Shown in pieces: positions 63,285-64,000 of a DNA stretch of 64,000 bases. Position numbers and translations under genes: made by a program. Source of the stretch: Mytilus californianus (taxonomy: Eukaryota); contig NW_026262672.1 in NCBI RefSeq assembly GCF_021869535.1, forward strand, positions 3,906,001 to 3,970,000, in the 5' to 3' direction. How positions within the stretch are numbered: position 1 is the first letter of the stretch; every line of letters starts with the position of its first letter. The notes under the pieces were generated by a model, which ran no database searches, was not told where the DNA came from, and worked only from the letters and a program-made list of their open reading frames with translations.

Positions 63285-64000
63285 TTTTTCGGATTTATCA
63301 ATTTTAAATGTACCTCTCCTATTGGTTTCATAGGTGTTTTGTTCCACATACGCAGTGTGATTGTGCTTGGTTTTACTTGTTCTTTACGGATATATCGTTT
63401 ACAGATCGTATTAAGATCGGCTGCGCTATCTAATTGAAATCTTACATTGCAATCATTGACATTCATTAAAGCTGAAATGTTTTTAGACTCTGCACCTATT
63501 GCCTGAATTAAATCTTCAGATGTATGGCCAGTGATAGCATTCAACCAACAGTCATCTTCTTCTTGGCCACTTTGTGTTGAGCTGATTGAGTGTATTTTCT
63601 TGCATTTAGCTTTCAAATGGTTTCTACCTTTGCAAGCATCGCATGTTTTTCCCCATGCTGGACATTTTTCCTTTTTCCTTTCATGTTTGTAACCACAGAA
63701 ATTACATTCTTTGTTGTTAATTTGTGTGTTGTAAGAAGTTTTACTCTGTGATTGAGGGTGTCTAGTTTATGGTCTTTTACTTTCAGGCGGGTAAGTTTTC
63801 TTTTTGAACTTATCATGGTGTGCAACTTTATTGACTGTGAGTCGAATTTGTAGATTCTCTCAACTCCTTAACATGTTTATTTGACTGTTCATAAGCTCTA
63901 CAAATTGTGATTGCCTTGTCTAAGTTAATCTTGTCCTCTCTTAACAAAAGTCCCCGCAGTTTGCCCGTGACGCTAAAGATAATTTTGTCACGCATCATAC
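63285..64000 (-). pseudogene. Ty3/Gypsy (Mag-like) Gag C-terminus and aspartic protease, runs off window
   Basis: MRDKIIF..LLREDKINLDKAITICRAYE, CNFCGYKH..KCPAWGKTCDACKGRNHLKAKC, VRFQLDSAADLNTI; truncated at 63285 against a repeat-X head. Confidence 0.88.

Overview
Eukaryotic, AT-rich (roughly one-third GC, by eye) repeat-saturated DNA. No prokaryotic, CRISPR, rRNA or intact tRNA signal and no clearly recognisable host gene. The repeat families look like those of a bivalve such as Mytilus (my recall, not verified). The window is a transposon graveyard with one nearly intact element: a full-length ~6.2-kb I/Nimb-type LINE on the minus strand (17338-23524). It has an intact 3xCCHC ORF1 and an APE-RT-RNaseH ORF2 broken by a single TAG just before the YVDD motif. 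Its 5' end folds as a candidate HDV-like ribozyme. Its (AATC)n 3' tail is shared with a ~425-bp SINE present 15 times (about 10% of the window; 10 copies with clear 11-15-bp TSDs). The SINE has a precise 5' end but no obvious tRNA-type A/B boxes in its head. A minimal type I hammerhead ribozyme lies at 62096-62137. The rest is decayed fragments of Ty3/Gypsy, CR1/L2, hAT, MULE, Merlin, ISL2EU (THAP-DDE plus YqaJ), IS3EU-like, Kolobok-like (including a spliced P2X7-ballast-like gene), CACTA-like and XPG-domain transposons, plus MITEs, foldback hairpins, tandem arrays and local duplications. Family names are from motif recognition only; coordinates of decayed fragments are approximate.
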